Assembly (NCBI GenBank): GCA_965222075.1
Contig: OZ244937.1
Location: 5,056,001-5,120,000, forward strand
DNA from: Candidatus Latescibacterota bacterium
GTDB lineage: Bacteria; Latescibacterota; UBA2968; GCA-2709665
Reading direction: 5' to 3'
Length of the DNA: 64,000 nucleotides
Within the stretch, counting starts at the first letter, position 1. Each line of letters opens with the position of its first letter. The notes below the pieces were generated by a model. That model searched no databases and was not told where the DNA came from. It worked only from the letters and a program-made list of their open reading frames with translations. The translations under genes and the position numbers were made by a program. Shown in pieces: positions 37,949-47,471 of this stretch.

Positions 37949-40336
37949 ATGACAACGCGATTGGGGTGGCTGTTTGCCGTTTTTTTGATGGCTACGCAGG
38001 CACAGGCCAAAGTGATTCGGGGTGTTGTGACCGATGCGGCAACAGGAGAACCCCTTCCGGCTGCGACGGTGTGGGTTCTGGGAACTTATGACGGCACAGT
38101 TACAAATACCGAAGGCAAGTATGTACTGGCGTTGCTCGACCTTCCCGTGGTGGTCGAAGTGCGTTATATCGGCTATCGGTCGCAGCAGCTTGATGTGACT
38201 GAAGATGCAGCCGATGTCCACAATTTCGCTCTGGAGCCAGTGCCTGTTGAATTGGACGCGCTCGTGGTGACGGCTGGGGATACGGGGCCAAATATCATGC
38301 GCAAAGTGATTGCGCAAAAGCAGACGTGGTGGAATGCGCTCAAGACGTTTCGCGTTGAGGCTTATTCGCGGTTTGTCTATCGCAATGAATCTGAGATTGT
38401 CGCGATTGTAGAGAGCCTGTCCGATGGTTTTTGGGATCGGAAAAAAGGTTGGCGAGAGGTCATCAAGGACAAACGCGAGACGAAAAATTTGGATTTCGGA
38501 TTTGCAGTGCCCGCGGCCGAAGGTGTGAATTTGTATGAAGATGAGACAGAACTCGGCGGTCATAATCTGGTCGGTGTCACCCATCCAAAGGCACTGGATC
38601 ACTACGACTTTGTGCTCAAAGGCCGTCGTAAAATGGATGATCGCATCATTTACGACATCGATGTCAAACCCAAACACGACCTCAAGACGGCTTTTAAGGG
38701 TCGCGTGGCTGTGCTCGATAGTGTGTATGCACTCGTGGAAGTGGAACTGACCCCAAATCAGGCGTTTTTATTTCCAATGCCCATTCGTGATTTTACCATA
38801 GCCATGCGCCAGCAGTTTGGCAATTTTGGTGGGGATTTCTGGTTTCCCGCAGGTTTGCAGGAGGAGTTGGATATTGAGATCGGGATGCCCGGCTTGCAAT
38901 TTCCGCGCATTAAGGGGCAACGCATTTCTCGTTTGACGGGGTATGAGGTGAATGTGGATTTGCCCGATTCGCTTTATGAACGGCGTGGGAAAGTGGTGGT
39001 GGATTCTGCGCGTGTCGAACAGGACAGTTTACTGACGCGAACAGCACTCGCTGTGCCATTAGATGAAATTGAGCAAGCAGCATACACGCGTATTGACAGC
39101 ACGATGACGCTCCCTAAAGCGTTTAAACCAAAGGGATTTTTGGCACGTTTTATCAATCTTAAGGAGGATGAGAAACGAGAGAAAAGTCAGAAACGAAAAA
39201 AAAGTGGCAATCGTGGACGCAAATTGCCGTTCAGGGTAAAACCCGAGTTGTGGTTCAATCGCGTGGATGGTTGGCATTTAGGCTCAGGAATTTTGTCGAG
39301 TTCAAAACGAACCCGAGCGACTTTTGGCGGAGCATATAACTTCGGTTTAAAACGATGGTCGTTTGATGTCAAAGCAACTGTGCACTGGGGAGCGAGCGAA
39401 AGGGCATTTGTATCGCTCGACGGATTTAGCGGAACAGAGGTGCGATATCGGTCGAGACTGTATGGTCGGTTCAGGGTGAGTGCTCGGCAGATTTTAGGTT
39501 TAGAGGATTATTTCGATTTTTATTGGCGCAAAGGTGTAAAAGGAACCGTGGGCTACCGGTTCGGTCGTCCGCGGGGGACGGGTGTGCGATTGACGGGCGG
39601 GGTCAATGTCGAGCAACACACGTCGGTAAATAAGACCACGGATTGGCATTTGAGCGGAGACATGGATGTGCAACGGTCAAATCCGGCAATTGACCCGGGA
39701 ATTTTGCGCTCTGCTTTTTTTCGCGTGGACTCAGGGGATGAAAACCAGGGGCTTGCGTTCCTTTTTGGGCAACGAAAATTCGTATTGGAGGTTGAACACA
39801 GTCGGCCCGGATTCGGTAGTGATTTTGCCTTTACGCAAATTCGGATGATATTGAATTGGCGGGTAAAGACGCTGTTCAAGAGGCGTTTGTTGTCCAATGT
39901 GCTGGATGTGCGCGTTGTTGGAAGTGCGTTTACCGGGACGCTGCCCAGACAGCGCTTTGAGATTCTGGATATAATATCGACCAAATTTTCAACTTTTGGG
40001 ACATTTCGAACGCGAGTGGATCGCCCCTATGAGGGAGAGAAATTGCTGGGTGTGTTCTGGGAACACAATTTCCGCACGGTGCCGTTTGAATTGATCGGCT
40101 GGCGGTGGGTTGTTGAGCGAAATATTGGTTTGATTGTACACGGTGGACACGGGCGCACGTGGTTCGGGGATCGAACCCTGGCGGGATTGGATTATACGCC
40201 TCAGTATCTCGACCGTTTTCACCACGAACTGGGGGTGTCGATTAACGGGCTGTTTGATCTGTTGCGGGTGAGTTTTACAAGGCGGTTGGATACGTCGGGA
40301 TTTTATCTGAGTGTAGAGATGGCACGGTTGTTTTGA
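37949..40336 (+). CDS. Outer-membrane protein with carboxypeptidase-regulatory-like domain and DUF5686-like region
   Basis: Signal peptide; IRGVVTDAATGEPLP.ATV..GTVTN.EG.Y; FNRVDG; terminal Phe; visibly lower GC than flanks. Confidence 0.75.
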   Translation: MTTRLGWLFAVFLMATQAQAKVIRGVVTDAATGEPLPAATVWVLGTYDGTVTNTEGKYVLALLDLPVVVEVRYIGYRSQQLDVTEDAADVHNFALEPVPVELDALVVTAGDTGPNIMRKVIAQKQTWWNALKTFRVEAYSRFVYRNESEIVAIVESLSDGFWDRKKGWREVIKDKRETKNLDFGFAVPAAEGVNLYEDETELGGHNLVGVTHPKALDHYDFVLKGRRKMDDRIIYDIDVKPKHDLKTAFKGRVAVLDSVYALVEVELTPNQAFLFPMPIRDFTIAMRQQFGNFGGDFWFPAGLQEELDIEIGMPGLQFPRIKGQRISRLTGYEVNVDLPDSLYERRGKVVVDSARVEQDSLLTRTALAVPLDEIEQAAYTRIDSTMTLPKAFKPKGFLARFINLKEDEKREKSQKRKKSGNRGRKLPFRVKPELWFNRVDGWHLGSGILSSSKRTRATFGGAYNFGLKRWSFDVKATVHWGASERAFVSLDGFSGTEVRYRSRLYGRFRVSARQILGLEDYFDFYWRKGVKGTVGYRFGRPRGTGVRLTGGVNVEQHTSVNKTTDWHLSGDMDVQRSNPAIDPGILRSAFFRVDSGDENQGLAFLFGQRKFVLEVEHSRPGFGSDFAFTQIRMILNWRVKTLFKRRLLSNVLDVRVVGSAFTGTLPRQRFEILDIISTKFSTFGTFRTRVDRPYEGEKLLGVFWEHNFRTVPFELIGWRWVVERNIGLIVHGGHGRTWFGDRTLAGLDYTPQYLDRFHHELGVSINGLFDLLRVSFTRRLDTSGFYLSVEMARLF

Positions 40337-40498
40337 GGCTGTGGTGAATATCCCGTGAGCAGGCTTCAGAAACATGCCGATTGGTTGTCGAGCGGCGTCG
40401 GGCGGCGGTGGGACTGTTGATGGACTGGGAAGGAGAAGGCGTGAGGTGATTGGTGACCAAGGAAGAACCGGCGCGAGGTTAAGAAGGAGATTCCGTAT

Positions 40499-42271
40499 AT
40501 GCAGGCGAAGACCGAAGTCGATCCGATTCAGTTTGAGGTGATCCGCAACGCGCTGCTGGAGGTGACGGAGGAGATGGCGATTGCGCTGCGCCGGAGCGCC
40601 TACTCGACCAATATCAAGACCAGAGCCGACTTTTCCTGTGCCTTTTTCGACCGGCAGCTGCAGACCGTGGCCCAGTCTTTTGCGCAGCCATCCCACCTGG
40701 GCTCGCTTGTGCAGCTGGTGCCGAAGGTGATTCGGCACTATGGCGTTGAAAACCTGGAGCCAGGCGATGCCATCCTGGCCAACGATCCCTACATGGGCGG
40801 CGTACATCTGAACGACATTACGCTGATCTCCCCCGTGTACTGGAACGATGAGCCGTTCGGGTACGTGGCCAGCCTGGCGCACCACGTAGATGTAGGCGGA
40901 GGGGCTCCAGCCAGCGTAGGCGCCTTTCGCGAGGTCTATCAGGAGGGGGTGATCATCCCTCCCGTGAAACTGCTGCGTCACGGAGAGATCGTCCCGGATG
41001 TCTTCCGGCTGGTGCTGGCCCAGATTCGGTCCAAGCGCGAGACGGCGGGCGACTTTCGGGCTCAGGTCGCATCGAACAATACGGGTGTGCGACGGTTAAC
41101 GAATATGGTGGAACGGATGGGACCGGATGTTATGAATTTATACATGAACGAACTGATCGCTTATACCGAGCGCCGCACACGGGCAGAGGTGTCGAAACTC
41201 CCCAGGGGTGAATTCACGGCGGAGGGTTATGTGGATAACGACGGGTTTACGGAGGACCCGGTCCACCTTGCGGCGAAGGTGACAATCGACGACGACGGCG
41301 TGCTCTTCGACCTGACAGGATGCGATCCTCAACGCAGGGCACCGGTTAACTCCACATACGGACAGACCTACGCCGGATGTGCGTTTGTTTACAAGTGTCT
41401 GATGGACCCCGATGTGCCGGTGAACTCCGGATTTTACCGGTCTCTTCGCATGGTTGCTCCCGAAGGCACGGTGGTCAACTGCAGACCTCCAGCTCCGGTC
41501 GTGGGGGGATGGGAAACTTCTATGCGGCTGGTCGAGGTGATGCTGAAAGCGCTGGCTCCGGGCCTTCCGGATCGAATTCCGGCCGGTACGAAAGGAATGA
41601 TCTGTCACGTGGGCTTTGGTGGGAACGACCCCAAAAGGAACGAGTACTATTGTTTTCTGGAAACGGTGGCCGGCGGGTATGGGGGGAGGGCTTCACGGGA
41701 TGGTCCCGATGCCATCCAACCTCACGGTCAGAATACTGAGAATGCGCCGATCGAGGAAACGGAGATCAACTATCCGGTCCGCATTCTCCGCTACGAGCTG
41801 GTGGAAGATTCGGAGGGAGGGGGCAGGTATCGAGGCGGGCTTGGGCTGCGACGAGACTACCTGTTTTCAGACCACGAGGCCTCCTTTACGATTCTGGCGG
41901 ATCGGGATCGCTGGGGGCCGGGGGGGTTGTTCGGGGGACTTTCAGGGCGCAAAGCGACTTACCTCCTGGAATCCGGGGGAGAGACGGTTGAGCTGGGATC
42001 CAAGGTGACGGTTGAGCTCAAGCCGGGAGATGTGGTGAGTTATCGCACCTGCGGGGGCGGCGGCTACGGACCGCCAAAGGAGCGAGATCCGGAGCTGGTG
42101 CTGCGAGATGTGCGGGAGGGGAAGGTGAGTCCCGAGCGAGGGCGGAAGGTTTACGGTGTGGCCATCGATACGGAGCATTGGAAGGTGGACGAGGTGGAGA
42201 CCGAAAGGCTGCGATCCGGTCGTACGCGTTCGAACGGCGTGACCGGAGGCCGGCCAGAACAGGAGGTATGA
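40499..42271 (+). CDS. hyuB: Hydantoinase B/oxoprolinase-family subunit
   Basis: DFSCA, NDPY.GGVHLND, HHVDVGG, GGGGYG.P.ERD. Family-level symbol. Confidence 0.92.
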   Translation: MQAKTEVDPIQFEVIRNALLEVTEEMAIALRRSAYSTNIKTRADFSCAFFDRQLQTVAQSFAQPSHLGSLVQLVPKVIRHYGVENLEPGDAILANDPYMGGVHLNDITLISPVYWNDEPFGYVASLAHHVDVGGGAPASVGAFREVYQEGVIIPPVKLLRHGEIVPDVFRLVLAQIRSKRETAGDFRAQVASNNTGVRRLTNMVERMGPDVMNLYMNELIAYTERRTRAEVSKLPRGEFTAEGYVDNDGFTEDPVHLAAKVTIDDDGVLFDLTGCDPQRRAPVNSTYGQTYAGCAFVYKCLMDPDVPVNSGFYRSLRMVAPEGTVVNCRPPAPVVGGWETSMRLVEVMLKALAPGLPDRIPAGTKGMICHVGFGGNDPKRNEYYCFLETVAGGYGGRASRDGPDAIQPHGQNTENAPIEETEINYPVRILRYELVEDSEGGGRYRGGLGLRRDYLFSDHEASFTILADRDRWGPGGLFGGLSGRKATYLLESGGETVELGSKVTVELKPGDVVSYRTCGGGGYGPPKERDPELVLRDVREGKVSPERGRKVYGVAIDTEHWKVDEVETERLRSGRTRSNGVTGGRPEQEV

Positions 42272-42274
42272 CAC

Positions 42275-44386
42275 GTGGCGTTTAAGTATCGTCTGGGTGT
42301 GGACATTGGGGGTACTTTTACGGATGCGACTCTGATCAATGAGGAGACAGGCGAGATCCGGGTCGGAAAGGTTTCAAGCACGCCAAAAGATCCCTCTCTG
42401 GGGTTTCTGGAGGCAGTCCATCGTATGCTGTGGAAAGGAGGGGTGAAACCGGAGGAGGTGGGATACATCGTTCACGGCACCACGGTGGCAACGAATTCCA
42501 TCATCGAAGGGAAGACCGCCCGCACCGGTTTTTTGACGAGCGACGGTTTCCGTGATATGCTGGAGATCGCCCGGCAGGTGCGGCCGACCCTTTACGACCT
42601 GCAATTCGAGAAGCCAAAGCCGCTGGTTCCCCGCTATCTCTGTTTTGGCGTTCCGGAACGACTGGACGCCAGAGGGGAGGTGCTTACCTCGCTGGATGGT
42701 GAAGCCGTGAAGCGGGTGGCCGAGCGCTTCCGCGAGGAGGGGGTGGAGTCGATTGCAGTCTGCTTCCTTCATTCCTACGCCAACCCGGCCCACGAAAAGC
42801 GGGCCGGAGAGATCCTGCGAGAGGTTTTCCCGGAGGCGGTTGTTTCGCTTTCGGCAGAGGTCGCGCCGGAGTTTCGAGAGTATTTCCGGGCCAGCACGAC
42901 CGTGATCAACGCCTGCATCCGTCCCGTTGTCGCCCGGTACCTACAGAATATTGAGGACCGGCTAAGGGAGGAGGGGCTGGAGGCGGAGCTTCTGGTGATA
43001 CAGAGCAGCGGAGGGGTGTTGACTTTTTCCGCAGCCAGCGAGAGGCCGGTGTTTATGGTGGAGTCCGGTCCTGCGGCCGGCGTTATTTCATCCACCTACC
43101 TTGGGGGTGTGCTGGGTTACGGAGACGTGATTTCCTTCGATATGGGTGGAACAACGGCCAAGGTGGGTCTTGTTCAGGATGGGACGCCGCAGGTGACGAA
43201 GGATTACGAGGTCGGCGCGATCGCCCAGTCAGCAGCCTCCCGCGGTTCAGGGTATCCCATCCGCGCACCTGTGATCGACCTGGTGGAGATCGGTGCGGGC
43301 GGGGGATCAATCGCATGGGTGGACTCCGGAGGGGTGCTGCGTGTAGGCCCGCAAAGCGCTGGGGCCGACCCGGGGCCGGTCTGCTACGGCAAGGGAGGCA
43401 CGGAGCCAACGATCACGGATGCCAATTTGGTACTGGGACGTCTCAATCCCGGGTATTTTCTGGGGGGTGAAATCGAGCTGGACGCCGATGCTGCCCGGAA
43501 GGCGATCAAGGAACGGTGTGCAGATGTTCTGAAGCTGGATGTCGTAGAGGCGGCCAATGGCATTGTGGAAATCGCCAATTCGGCAATGATGAACGCGCTG
43601 CGCTTAGTGTCGGTGCAGCGGGGGTACGATCCGAGGGACTTTGTCCTGATGGGCTTTGGGGGCGCCGGCCCGGTTCACGCCAACCGGCTGGCGGCGGAAA
43701 CCGAAATCCCAACCACGGTGATCCCCATGAGCCCGGGAACGACTTCGGCGATGGGTCTGCTGGTTACCGATCTCAAACACGACTATTCCACGACGATGAT
43801 TGAGCAGGTGGACCGGGTGGATCCGGAGACCCTGGAGAAGGTCTTCCTGGATCTGGAAGCGCAGGGGCGATTGATCCTGGAGCGGGAGAGGATTCCGGAA
43901 GAACAGATGCACTTTGTGCGTCAGGCAGATGTCCGCTACGTAGGCCAGAGCTACGAGTTGACGGTACCGCTTCAAGACGGCAAGCTGGGTTCCGATGAAG
44001 TAAGCCAGGTGCTGGGAAAGTTTCACTCGGAACACGACCGGGCGTACGGGTACAGCGCTCCGGAAGAGCCGGTCGAGTTTGTGAACGTCAGGCTGTCTGC
44101 TATCGGCAAGATCGTCAAGCCCCGTCTGCGTGAGCTCGAAGGTGGGGGTGGAGATGTGAATTCTGCAAAGAAAGCGACCCGACCGGTCTACTTTGCCGAG
44201 AGCGGCGGGTACGTCGATTGTCCCATCTACGACCGCTACCGGCTTGGTCCCGGGTGCACTGTGGAGGGCCCGGCCGTGGTGGAAGAGGTCGATTCCACCA
44301 CGGTGATCCATCCAGGATATGGGGCTCTTGTTGACAGGTTCGGTAATCTGCTGCTCAGCGGCAGTGATCGCAGCGACGGAAGTTGA
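42275..44386 (+). CDS. hyuA: Hydantoinase A/oxoprolinase-family ATP-binding subunit
   Basis: GVDIGGTFTD, HGTTVATN, SGPAAG, DMGGTT, GPQSAGADPGP. Family-level symbol. Confidence 0.93.
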   Translation: MAFKYRLGVDIGGTFTDATLINEETGEIRVGKVSSTPKDPSLGFLEAVHRMLWKGGVKPEEVGYIVHGTTVATNSIIEGKTARTGFLTSDGFRDMLEIARQVRPTLYDLQFEKPKPLVPRYLCFGVPERLDARGEVLTSLDGEAVKRVAERFREEGVESIAVCFLHSYANPAHEKRAGEILREVFPEAVVSLSAEVAPEFREYFRASTTVINACIRPVVARYLQNIEDRLREEGLEAELLVIQSSGGVLTFSAASERPVFMVESGPAAGVISSTYLGGVLGYGDVISFDMGGTTAKVGLVQDGTPQVTKDYEVGAIAQSAASRGSGYPIRAPVIDLVEIGAGGGSIAWVDSGGVLRVGPQSAGADPGPVCYGKGGTEPTITDANLVLGRLNPGYFLGGEIELDADAARKAIKERCADVLKLDVVEAANGIVEIANSAMMNALRLVSVQRGYDPRDFVLMGFGGAGPVHANRLAAETEIPTTVIPMSPGTTSAMGLLVTDLKHDYSTTMIEQVDRVDPETLEKVFLDLEAQGRLILERERIPEEQMHFVRQADVRYVGQSYELTVPLQDGKLGSDEVSQVLGKFHSEHDRAYGYSAPEEPVEFVNVRLSAIGKIVKPRLRELEGGGGDVNSAKKATRPVYFAESGGYVDCPIYDRYRLGPGCTVEGPAVVEEVDSTTVIHPGYGALVDRFGNLLLSGSDRSDGS

Positions 44387-44424
44387 GCGCTTTTTATCCG
44401 GGTAGCAAAGTTAAGGAGGGTGTG

Positions 44425-45222
44425 ATGAAGCTTTCTCTGTCTGGTCGATTGATTGAAGTGACAAAACAATCCTACGCGCTTGACGTGGAAGAATTTCTGG
44501 AGTTGTCCAGGAAAGCGGGCTATGAAGGGGTGCATTTGAGGGACGGGCAGATCGATCACCTTTTCAAGGAAGAGCGGTACGACGAACTGGAGGCGCTCTA
44601 TACGGATCACGGGCTGGAACCCAGTATGATCTGGGGGAGGCTGGATTCCGGTTCTTTTGATGGGGATTTGATTCAGAAGAAGATGGCGTTCCTGCAGCGG
44701 GTGGAGCTGGATCACCTGATCATTGGATATCCCACGGATATGGACCTGATCCGCGAATGGTGCGATCTGGCGGTACGGCAAGATGTCGGGCTTGTGATCG
44801 CCTGCCATGTAAACAGTCTTTTTGAGGATATCAGCCGCGCTGGGGAATTCGTACAGGAGGTCGACCGGCCGAATCTCGGGCTGAACGTTGATCCGTTGAA
44901 TATCTACATGGCGGAACAGGATTACGGTTTAAGTACGCTTGAGAAGATCAAAGACCTGCTTCGGGTTGTCAATGTACAGGGCGGTGTTCTGGGCCAGGGG
45001 GATCAGGTTGCCCACCGGTACTACAAGAAGACGACGCCTAATTTCCGCAGGGTGTTCCTGTGCGATGAGGATCATCTGGGTATCTCTCAGTTTGTTTCGG
45101 ATTTGAAGGCGATCGGTTATCAGGGGTATATCAATGTTTTAGAGCCATATTCCGAAGACTGCGATCTTCTGCAGGTCGCTTCGGATACGGCGCGACTTCT
45201 GGAAGGATATATCGAAGGTTGA
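44425..45222 (+). CDS. Sugar phosphate isomerase/epimerase (xylose-isomerase-like TIM barrel)
   Basis: AGYEGV, DRPNLGLNVDPLN, LKAIGYQGY..LE; several metal ligands look degenerate. Confidence 0.7.
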   Translation: MKLSLSGRLIEVTKQSYALDVEEFLELSRKAGYEGVHLRDGQIDHLFKEERYDELEALYTDHGLEPSMIWGRLDSGSFDGDLIQKKMAFLQRVELDHLIIGYPTDMDLIREWCDLAVRQDVGLVIACHVNSLFEDISRAGEFVQEVDRPNLGLNVDPLNIYMAEQDYGLSTLEKIKDLLRVVNVQGGVLGQGDQVAHRYYKKTTPNFRRVFLCDEDHLGISQFVSDLKAIGYQGYINVLEPYSEDCDLLQVASDTARLLEGYIEG

Positions 45223-45235
45223 AAGGACCGAATGG

Positions 45236-46264
45236 ATGTCTATTCATCAAGCAGATTGGCAGCGTCAGGATCAGCCGGTTTTGTCTACTATGACCACCAA
45301 GCAGGACTGGTGCCGGGTGGAGCTTTACAATCCGACGGTGATCCGCGTGGAAGACAGGTACATGATGTGGTATCTGGGCAACAGTACGGCCACGCGTACG
45401 AACGATTCGGACGTGGGTTTTGCCGAGTCGGCCGACGGCATCCACTGGACCGAGCATCCGGCCAACCCGATCCTGACCCGTGCCGATCTGCCCGCCTGCG
45501 ACGCCTGGCAGACGCCCCACGTGATGTTCGACGCCGACGAGGGCTTGTTCAGGATGTGGTTCGTCATGTCGACCGTTGTCCGGGGCGGGCCGACCGGGCT
45601 TCTCAGCTACAGCCAGCAGCTGGGTTACGCGGCCAGCCGCGATGGCTTGCAGTGGGACGTTCATCCCGAGCCGATCTACCCCAGCGGGCGGCGGCCGTGT
45701 GTGATCAAGGACGGCCCGGGCGCCTACCGGATGTGGATGAATTCATCGCCAAGCCCGGATGGAAGCTTTGAGGACCTGGTCCGGCATATCTATCGCTTCG
45801 AGTCTGCCGATGGCATCGATTGGACGCGGGATCCGGAACCTGTTGTTAGCTTCAACGAGAAGCTCAGGGGCACGATCTATCCATTTGTGATGCGGGACGG
45901 CGATGGGTATATCATGTGGTACGGCGGCTGGCATGTAGACGGCGAGGTGGTGATCGATGCGCGTTCCGATACGCCGGTGGTTCGCCCTCTGTTCGAGATC
46001 TTCTGCTCGACCTCGACCGACGGGTTGAGCTGGACGCACCACCAGGACAGGCCCGTCCTGCCTGCTACGCGTGATCCCAACGACTACGACGGGCGGTATA
46101 CGTCCACGCCGTGTGTCGTTGACGGCGGGGATCGCTATCTGATGTATTACTCTGCCCGGGACTGGGGCACCCTTTACCGGACTGGAGAGGGCACGCTCGC
46201 GGTCGATAAGGCTGGAATCTACCGCCACATCGGTGTGGCCGTGTGTTCGAAGACCACGATATAA
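45236..46264 (+). CDS. Five-bladed beta-propeller glycosidase-like protein (GH43/GH130/GH32 clan)
   Basis: Repeated Y.MWY..AES.DG..W..HP.NPIL blades. Confidence 0.7.
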   Translation: MSIHQADWQRQDQPVLSTMTTKQDWCRVELYNPTVIRVEDRYMMWYLGNSTATRTNDSDVGFAESADGIHWTEHPANPILTRADLPACDAWQTPHVMFDADEGLFRMWFVMSTVVRGGPTGLLSYSQQLGYAASRDGLQWDVHPEPIYPSGRRPCVIKDGPGAYRMWMNSSPSPDGSFEDLVRHIYRFESADGIDWTRDPEPVVSFNEKLRGTIYPFVMRDGDGYIMWYGGWHVDGEVVIDARSDTPVVRPLFEIFCSTSTDGLSWTHHQDRPVLPATRDPNDYDGRYTSTPCVVDGGDRYLMYYSARDWGTLYRTGEGTLAVDKAGIYRHIGVAVCSKTTI

Positions 46265-46452
46265 GAGGGTGTCCAACAGCAATTCTCCGCCCCCGCGGAT
46301 GTGGATGCGATGCCTCATTTACTATCCGCGTGTGATTTTCGCCGAGGGGGTGGCGCCTCCGATGGAAATTTTTCCGACCACAAAGCGGGTTGCTTTTGGT
46401 TCGCAATAGAGATTTGTAGTTGTTTTTGATATATTTACTTCTGTTGAGAAGC

Positions 46453-46526
46453 GGGGGGGGGGATGTAGACTTGTTGTCGAGATCAAAAAAAACCTCTTGA
46501 CATAACGGATAGATTTATTGTAAACT
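46453..46526 (+). promoter_or_regulatory. Sigma70-like promoter with upstream A8 and G10 tracts
   Basis: TTGACA (46497-46502), 18-nt spacer, TAAACT (46521-46526) in an AT-rich gap; A8 at 46485-46492; G10 at 46453-46462. Confidence 0.55.
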
Positions 46527-46582
46527 TCCGTATTATATCACTCTGTTCTTTCATCGGCCCAAAGCCGGGAGGAGGATGTGTT

Positions 46583-47302
46583 ATGAGAAAGTGTAAAGTT
46601 GTCAGTTTCGTTGTGGTGGCGCTCCTGCTGAGTTCGACGGTGGTTGTCTACGGCCAAAGTGCGGGTGCAAGCTGGGGTGTGGGCGCATTTTTGGACTATA
46701 ATCGGTCGCTGTTCAAGATGAAAGACTGGTTTGCAGACGGTCAGGGGAAGGTGGGGGTGGTCTTCACCTACGTGGTGGGTCCCAAGGTGAGCGTGGAGGT
46801 GGAGTATAGCCGTTCCAGGTTCACCAACGGGAGCCTTCAGGAGCGCACGTTCACGTGGGGTGTAGACGGTAAGGACTACCTCTCGCCTGGTGCGGTGAGC
46901 CAGATGACGATGAACAATTTTTTGGTGAACGGGATCATCCGGAGGACTGGCGCGGAGGTTCTTCGTCAGGGGAGTTATGCGCCCTATTTGACGGTGGGTG
47001 CTGGGTTTTACGATTATTCGACGGATGTTCGGAATTTGATTTATCCGGGTCAGAAGACGGCGCCTTTGGACCAGGCGTTGAAGCTGGATGCGTTCAGCGA
47101 CACGCGCACGGCGCTTGGGGTGAACGCGGGTTTGGGGGTAGAGGGATTTGTGTTCGACAATATGGCTGTGGATCTTCGTCTTCGGTATAATGTGTTGTTG
47201 GGTGAGCTTCGTCCCATGGAGGCGTGGGGGATAGAGGGGCAGACGTTTCCGATGCAGTTTTGGAATGTTCGGGGAGGGTTGAGGTTTTATTTTGCGCGGT
47301 AG
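46583..47302 (+). CDS. Small outer-membrane beta-barrel (OmpA/OmpW-like)
   Basis: Signal peptide; PYLTVGAGFY, GVNAGLGVE, GGLRFYF. Confidence 0.8.
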   Translation: MRKCKVVSFVVVALLLSSTVVVYGQSAGASWGVGAFLDYNRSLFKMKDWFADGQGKVGVVFTYVVGPKVSVEVEYSRSRFTNGSLQERTFTWGVDGKDYLSPGAVSQMTMNNFLVNGIIRRTGAEVLRQGSYAPYLTVGAGFYDYSTDVRNLIYPGQKTAPLDQALKLDAFSDTRTALGVNAGLGVEGFVFDNMAVDLRLRYNVLLGELRPMEAWGIEGQTFPMQFWNVRGGLRFYFAR

Positions 47303-47471
47303 GTCGTCGTTCGTTGTAGGGGATTGGTATCTCGTAGAAGCACACCAGAAGAGACGAGCGACGATCTGAGCTGGGAGAAAGGAGGGCGGGAGTGGCGTAA
47401 AGACTTTCTGTTCAGAATTTCGTATTCCGGGGGGAATGAGATTCTATTACCCGTAAAGTAAGGAGGAACAG

